NCBI GenBank assembly: GCA_051362555.1
Contig: CM120641.1
Coordinates: 26,728,401 to 26,792,400, forward strand
Direction of reading: 5' to 3'
DNA: 64,000 nt
DNA from: Lingula anatina
Lineage: Eukaryota > Animalia > Brachiopoda
Shown here: one piece after another, positions 57,749 to 64,000 of the stretch
How the letters are laid out: every line of letters starts with the position of its first letter
How positions within the stretch are numbered: position 1 is the first letter of the stretch
Notes under the pieces: generated by a model
Database searches by the model: none
The model's input: the letters and a program-made list of their open reading frames with translations, nothing else
What the model was told of the DNA's origin: nothing
Made by a program: the position numbers and the translations under genes

Positions 57749-59116
57749 ATGCGTGGGCAAGTTGTGAAATACTTCGCAGCCAGCTGTGGCATTATAGCAG
57801 TGGTGATCGTACTTGCTCTCTGGGAGTCTTCCACCGGCGGCAAATTGACAGACAGCCAGAACAGTGTGAAAAAGAGATATAAATTACAAAAATGCGACCA
57901 GTTGGAAACGACCCACGACGAAGCTGGCAATTTCGACCAGAATATAATCGTGCGGGATTTCTATCCCTATGCAGCAAAAATAACTGGTGCTGTTTTTCAC
58001 GATGATGGCCACATTGACATTACGGGTGATTTGCTTACGACTCTCGTGCACCAGTTTTATCCCCAGACCGAGGATCACGTCAGAAAGATGTTCCCAAATC
58101 CAAGCGGCAATAATTCAAATATGGAGTTTTACATCATGAGTCCCGGAATGACTTTTTACAAAGGCGAAATTATTTTTTCTTTGAGACTTTGGTTCAATTA
58201 CGAAAAGCGCTACTCAGAAAATACCATAAGCAGTGAGCCGAATAGTTGGTTTGACAATTATTTACTCACTCAGAAGTTTGACAGATATTTTAAACCCAAG
58301 ACGAACCTTAGTATTATTGGGATTCCTGCCCCCAGACAATATATTATGAATGGCGGGCCGTCGGATGGACGTCTTGTCAAAGTAGGATCACATCTATGGC
58401 TCAGCTTCTACATGTGCATGAAAATTGCTGGCAAAGAAACTGGACATTTATATCTTTGGGAGTATAACCAAAATTATGTTATGAAGCCAACTATAAAGAA
58501 TTATACCATGACCACAATAGATTCGAATTGGTCGCCTCTTGATATAGAGGGGACGCTGTATTACATTTATACGCTGGATCCTTTGAGAGTGCTGAAATGT
58601 GACTCCAAACTTTCTTGTGCATTTACTTTCAAAACTGAAAATGCTGATCAGCACCCATTTAAACTAGAGGACGATGTATTAAGAGGAGGATCGCCTTTTG
58701 AGTTATACAAATGGCCTTATTATTTGTGCATAGGCCATGCGAGAGTTCTTAAAAAATCAAACGGACATTCTGTGTATACTGCAAATTTGGTGCTGCTCAG
58801 CATTTTACCTGTGCCACGAATTGTCTTTGTGTCTTCGCCACTACATGTACACCCCACAATCCTAGATGTCCCCATAATTCGAGGTTCATTTATTGACGAT
58901 CCTTACATATACCCTCTCAGTCTTATAATAGAAGACCTCGATACTTTAATGGTGGGAGTTACTATAAATGATAACAGGGCCGCCGTGATTCGTGTACGTA
59001 ATGTCAAAAACATTTTGCAAGAAGCTATGGACACGGACAAACGTCTTGGTGCACGAAAGGGACCAAAAGTAAGAACGGTGCAAAAATACATTAAAAACAT
59101 AACCCCGCAAAATTAA
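57749..59116 (+). CDS. Type II membrane protein with GT91 (beta-1,2-mannosyltransferase)/GH130-like five-bladed beta-propeller motifs, 455 aa (possibly extended by a 19-nt exon at 55272-55290)
   Basis: Long uninterrupted ORF. N-terminal TM anchor CGIIAVVIVLALW, then a stem, then motifs GPSDGRL (cf. GPEDPR), IDSNWSPL (cf. EKNWxPF), YYIYTLDPLRVLKC and LRGGSP. An acceptor tttttttctag ends at 57737. The upstream ATGGATTCATTAACCATTG|gtaagt would splice in frame. Confidence 0.8.
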   Translation: MRGQVVKYFAASCGIIAVVIVLALWESSTGGKLTDSQNSVKKRYKLQKCDQLETTHDEAGNFDQNIIVRDFYPYAAKITGAVFHDDGHIDITGDLLTTLVHQFYPQTEDHVRKMFPNPSGNNSNMEFYIMSPGMTFYKGEIIFSLRLWFNYEKRYSENTISSEPNSWFDNYLLTQKFDRYFKPKTNLSIIGIPAPRQYIMNGGPSDGRLVKVGSHLWLSFYMCMKIAGKETGHLYLWEYNQNYVMKPTIKNYTMTTIDSNWSPLDIEGTLYYIYTLDPLRVLKCDSKLSCAFTFKTENADQHPFKLEDDVLRGGSPFELYKWPYYLCIGHARVLKKSNGHSVYTANLVLLSILPVPRIVFVSSPLHVHPTILDVPIIRGSFIDDPYIYPLSLIIEDLDTLMVGVTINDNRAAVIRVRNVKNILQEAMDTDKRLGARKGPKVRTVQKYIKNITPQN

Positions 59117-60253
59117 AATGTTAAGATGAAAGTCCGTTTTCTCAACGAATAAATGCTCATTTAGAAGTCTACATATGACTGATTTGCTTTTAAGACATAA
59201 TGGCTTCTGTTGATGACTATTTGTTTTCTTGTCTGTCTTTCTGCATCCATCCATCCATCCATTTACAGAATCTTAATGTTACACCTTGCATGTACGGATA
59301 CGAAACTGAGGAACTTGCCATAATATGGAATGTCTACGTGCCGTTAGTCGATATGTAATATCTAATTAACTAAAATTAAAATTCAACTCATATATTTGAG
59401 ATTTTAAAATTATGCGAACGAGGGCCTTATAGTCTGTAGTGATAATTTTTAAACTTTCGTATCGTGAATCCAAAAGTAATATCGTGCTTCGAAGTTTTGA
59501 TCTGTTGAAATTCAATCTACATTTCTTAAAATGTAAATGGGATATTTATATACAAGGAAAATGATTTGCGAAAAAAGGGTACAGTTAGGTACATTATTTA
59601 AATATAAAAATATATAACTGTGAAATTAAGTAATAGATTATTCATTATATAATATATGAATAGTTGAAAATTGCTTCCGTGCTCAGTATCTCCATATGAT
59701 GCTACTAATATCATCACGGAAGACGATGTTTCCCTATTGCATGGTCGGGAGGCAGAGACTGAACATTTCAAGTAGCCTAATAAAATGGACCATTTAAGGG
59801 CGTGTCACCGGACTAGGTTATGCGCGTGTTCATTTTGCTAGGTATACTCAGTACTCACTGACAATGTAATCGACCTATTATTCTGTATCTACATGTATTG
59901 TCGTTGGCTTAAGTTAAGTATTTTTCAAATAAAATTAAAATTGTGTTTAGGCGTGACTTCAAATAATGCTCCAGAAAAAAATCTTCCTCAAAAACAAGAT
60001 CATGAAGGAACATGACCCTGGACGCACTAGATGTAGGGCCTATAAGTTATCTTGTACTGGCTTTCCATGGCGTTTACAAAAGCATCCGTACAAAAAGAAC
60101 ATGTCAGTGTTCTTGCTGGAGGGACAGACCTACCAGTAGCCTAGCCTACATTTCTAAAAAAAACATACTGACGTGGCTTGTAAAGACGTGCATGAATCAT
60201 TTGAACGCGCAGAAATAGGCCTATAGGCCAATAGGATTTTTATAGAGCCCTTA

Positions 60254-61530
60254 GGGGAGACCGGGGCTAGTTGGCCCAGTTAGACACTTTTGAGCCAACT
60301 AGGAATGGGTTAGAGTAACAAAACCGGTTTCAAAGTAAGCCCCATGAACTAAGCTACGTATACAACGTCATTATTTTTCAAATATAATGCCAGATGGCTC
60401 ACAATTTGACAAAAGACGCAGTTGACATCAAGGGGGCCAACTTGCCCCGCCACGGGGCAAGTTGGCCCCAGGGTCGGGGCAAGTTGCCCCCCCTATACGA
60501 AAATCAAGTATATATCCCATGTAAACGCCTTGAAATACATTTTTATACATTTTTAATTTATCAAATTGATTTTTTAGAGTCTATGATGAATAAATAGTTC
60601 AAATGAGGCAGATTTATTGAGGTTTCCGTACGTCACGTTGTAAGGGGGGGTTGGATGTGTTGCAAGAACCAAAATATCCATCAATAAAATTCGTTTTGTT
60701 TTAATTAAGAATAAATTAATAATGGTATAAAGTAGGTTCTTAATGAATGAAAACGAATAATAAATTTTCGTTTTAAAAGAAAGTAACAAATTCAGTTTTA
60801 AACCATTGAGTATGTTTCAACAATGGTCTCAAGCTAGGGAGGGGTGGAAAATCCCCTTGGGACCACATATAACACTATAAATACAAAGGGAATCCCCTTA
60901 AAATGAATTAAGGCAAAATAAATGTTTTTCTAAGGAAAGTCCAATGGATTTACTTTTTAATACATACAATCAACACAACATTTCTAATATAAATTTTCGA
61001 AAAGACACCAGAGAGCAAATTAAATGAAATCAATCAGACGGTAAACACCGGCAAGCTTTGTCAATTTCACTAACTTGTTTTTTTCAAACAGCGTTGCGCG
61101 CAAAGGATTGTGGGTAATATGAGGGTCCAACTTGCCCGGAGTCTAGGGGGCCAACTAGCCCCGGGAGCACCTTTTTTTATTTTAAAGGATGGCAACCATT
61201 TATGATGCTAGAATGAGTAACGATGATGTATCTCTGTGAAACTTGAAACAATGAGCTTCAGTTTGATGCCCTATACATATATTATATTCGATCAAAAACC
61301 TTTGAAAATAGATTTTTAATTCTGATAAACAAAATTACTTTTAGGTGCAAAAATCGTTTATTTGGACTCACCGCTTAAGTAAAACTTTTTAACATCCGAC
61401 ACTTCCATAGCATTGTAGGCTACGGTCAATTTACAAGAGTATGTGACCAATTTTTTTACCTCGTAGTTACTTTTTCGTAAATTGACGGGGGGCCAACTTA
61501 CCCCGGGGTCCAACTAGCCCCGGTCTCCCC
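60254..61530. mobile_element. Non-autonomous DNA transposon with TA TSD (Tc1/mariner-pogo-like), ~1.28 kb
   Basis: TA|GGGGAGACCGGGGCTAGTTGG ... CCAACTAGCCCCGGTCTCCCC|TA gives a perfect 21-bp TIR. Internal copies of GGGGC(A/T)AGTTG(G)CCCC occur at ~60433, 60455, 60476, 61122, 61147 and 61487. Confidence 0.85.
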
Positions 61531-62105
61531 TATAGTCTATTTGCGATTTCCCTCGGTGGTTGCTGTGGCACTGAGAACATGCAACTATAAAAGATAACCA
61601 CAAACGAAAGGTCATATTAAAAAATCAAAGATGAAAAAAAGTCTTTTAAAGGGAAAATAGACACAATTTGGAGGGTTTGACCCCCACAGCACAGTTTTTG
61701 ATTGCGTTTCTGTGCTATTCCCTATAAAATAGTTACCAAAATCATAGTTAACTATAATTACCTGTACCATACCAGTTCGTTAGCCCCTTTATCCAGTTAA
61801 AATTTGCTTCATAGCCTACACCATTTCGGCAGGTAAGTTAAAACTTTTTCATCCAAGCTAGACATGACCTAGGATGAATTTTTTATTAATCTAACGATGT
61901 TCACTTAATGTTAAAATTATATAACGTTATCAGTCATTCGGTAAATCCAGCGTGGGTAAATCAGTCAGGAAAAAACTGTTTGAGGCATTGTTTATGTAAA
62001 ACATGGTGCATATTTATATCTCAATGAATATCTAAGTTATAGACTAGAATCCTGACCATGATAGTACTGCAGACGGGAGACGGGTTGTATCACTAAAACT
62101 CGACG

Positions 62106-62137
62106 CCGGCAGAGGGCGCGAAAGTCAAGATGGCGGA
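62106..62137 (+). promoter_or_regulatory. CTCF-like and YY1-like motifs at the start of the CS-domain gene
   Basis: ccggcagagggcgc resembles the CTCF core. AAGATGGCGG is a YY1 consensus and overlaps the ATG at 62130. Confidence 0.4.
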
Positions 62138-63420
62138 CGGCGAAGACGAAAACTTCAGCGATCCGTATGCAGGTATTATGAACTAACTTCATTTACCGAA
62201 TATGATAATAAGTGACACAAGGGATCATGCTGTTTGTTTGCTGTTTAATTGATGTAATAATATTAACATGTGAGGAAGCTGTAGTATAATGCCCAGCTTA
62301 CTAAAAGATCTTATCTGCACTAGCTACCGTCCCCACCCAACAACAACAAATACATCTGTACCTATGAACATTTGTCGTTGCATGGGGAGTTCTCAATGCA
62401 GAACATTCAAAGTGGATCCCAGTCAAAATGAGTGTTCATCAAAGTGTGCGCTCAACGTAGCAAGCCCATCTGCCTCCTCTCCAAGTCACGCCAGCAGACT
62501 GTTTTCCTTTTTGAAAATGAATTCCAATCTAATATACTATATTTTTCTCGTAGTATCCACGGATGAAAAAGGCCCAGAAGACTACGTTCGTGTTCAGGTG
62601 GTCGTCCTGGGACTACAGGCGAAGAGTACACTGCAAGGATTCAAGATGGTCAAGAAACCAGCTAATTTTACTGTTGATGTTAAATATGAGGAGAGGTTTG
62701 TAACAAGGATTAATGCAATGATCTTCAATGCTTCGCTGTCCAGAATTAACTTATGTCATTCAGTCGGTATGGCTGCCAGTCTGAATAGCTCCCGTCCCTG
62801 TAATTTGCCATTAAAATATTCCTCTAAAGCAAGTTAACAGGCGCTTTATAAAGATCATCCCCTCATGGAAAAATCTTCATTTTCGTTTGTTAACTTTTGA
62901 TGCAAAGATGAAATGCTGGGACTTTGTTTTGCTTCACAAGCAGTGTATAAAAGTAAAATAAGGGAAGTTTAAATAGAAATGCACTCTTACAGGTCCTTCA
63001 CCCTTTTGGTTTTTGCCAAAGATAAAGACAAAAAGAAGAATCCCAGTCTGAAGAACTGCAAAGTGCATATCAAGAAACTGCCAGATGAAATCATTCCATC
63101 TGACTGCTATTATAAGGTTTGGAAATAATATTATTGTAGTATTCATTTATTAATATTCATTTTAAAAGATAATGCTTTTCAGCGTATGTTTTAGTGTATC
63201 TACAGTACTTAGTATACTTCAAATCTAATCATTTCATATAACAAATAATATTAGTATACTGAAACTGCAGCATTTATAACATTTAAATGATATGATTTTA
63301 CAGGTCGACAAGGAACTTATAACAATATTTCTGCACAAAGCGAAGTCCAGGTCCTGGGAGCGAGATCTTGCTACACATGGCTTAGATACATATACAGAAG
63401 AAGATGGTGTCTCTAGCTAG
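62130..63420 (+). CDS. Small stand-alone CS (p23/HSP20-like; CacyBP/SGT1-type) domain protein, 4 exons, 141 aa
   Basis: Exons 62130-62172, 62554-62695, 62993-63116, 63304-63420 (426 nt, GT-AG, phases compatible). Translation: MADGEDENFSDPYAVSTDEKGPEDYVRVQVVVLGLQAKSTLQGFKMVKKPANFTVDVKYEERSFTLLVFAKDKDKKKNPSLKNCKVHIKKLPDEIIPSDCYYKVDKELITIFLHKAKSRSWERDLATHGLDTYTEEDGVSS. The pattern resembles the CacyBP CS domain (VQVHFTERSFDLLV...LLKPI...KVKTDTVLILCRK...W). Confidence 0.8.
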
Positions 63421-64000
63421 TAATATTAGACAACTAGCATCACGTGTGTGATATCTTTTATGAAGATTTTCCTGATGACGTAATATAAACCCATTTTCTG
63501 TGTATCCATCTATTTTACATTATGACGCGGTTCTTTTATGCATGTTTGTTGTGATGTATGTCACTTGGTGCAGATGTGCATCTGGTGTCAAGTAATGACA
63601 GTGGTACTTTAGTCATGTTATACAATGTAGGTGCTAACAGATGTATCTTCATAAATGTTTTCAATTTTACAAGGACTAGGAGCAAATGTTCTCATCAAAT
63701 TTATCAAATATTGTGAAGTATTATGAATCACTACGTAACAGCATTGAAAATGATAACAATTTGTGCATCAGCTTTTTAGAACATTTTTAGAGGCATTCAT
63801 GCTTGGATAGTTTTTTCAAAAGGAAGATGAAATAAATGTCTTTTCACATTTTATTTTGTATGTTTAACAGGATATTTGTATATTTAGCTTTTGCTTATAA
63901 AGTAGGTAGTGTGCAGTCTTCTTGCAAAGTTTAGGTTAATTTCCTATACATTTCGTATGCTACCTCCACATTATTCACTTCTGTAGAAAAAGTGTTGATT

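Noticed and set aside
62289-62837. 182-aa single-exon ORF
   Set aside because: Only 62554-62695 is exonic, bounded by AG/GT. The rest is intron read-through of the CS-domain gene.

Overview
AT-rich, intron-containing animal genomic DNA, probably a marine invertebrate (lophotrochozoan-like; this is an inference from repeat types and gene structure). It is not prokaryotic, and I found no CRISPR array, rRNA or tRNA. Manual splicing (GT-AG, frame-checked) gives eight protein genes. (1) The last two exons of GALNT2 (+). (2) An intronless ATPAF2/ATP12 (+). (3) PCNX4 (-, 9 coding exons, ~1301 aa), head-to-head with (4) ASB3 (+, 6 exons, ~566 aa). (5, 6) Two intact tandem amnionless (AMN)-like paralogues (+): the first has a Thr/Ser/Pro mucin-like stalk and an extra intron, the second has three NPxY motifs. 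(7) A type II membrane protein with degenerate GT91 (beta-mannosyltransferase)/GH130-like beta-propeller motifs. (8) A 141-aa stand-alone CS (p23/CacyBP-like) domain protein that the ORF track misses. Non-coding DNA holds three ~2.5-3 kb Helentron/HINE-like elements with internal satellite-like arrays, many MITEs with TIRs (several with TSDs), 5'-truncated retroposon fragments with TSDs, a G-rich minisatellite and local tandem duplications. The most promising novelty candidates are the diverged AMN pair, the GT91/GH130-like protein and the CS-domain protein. All family assignments come from recalled motifs, not database searches.
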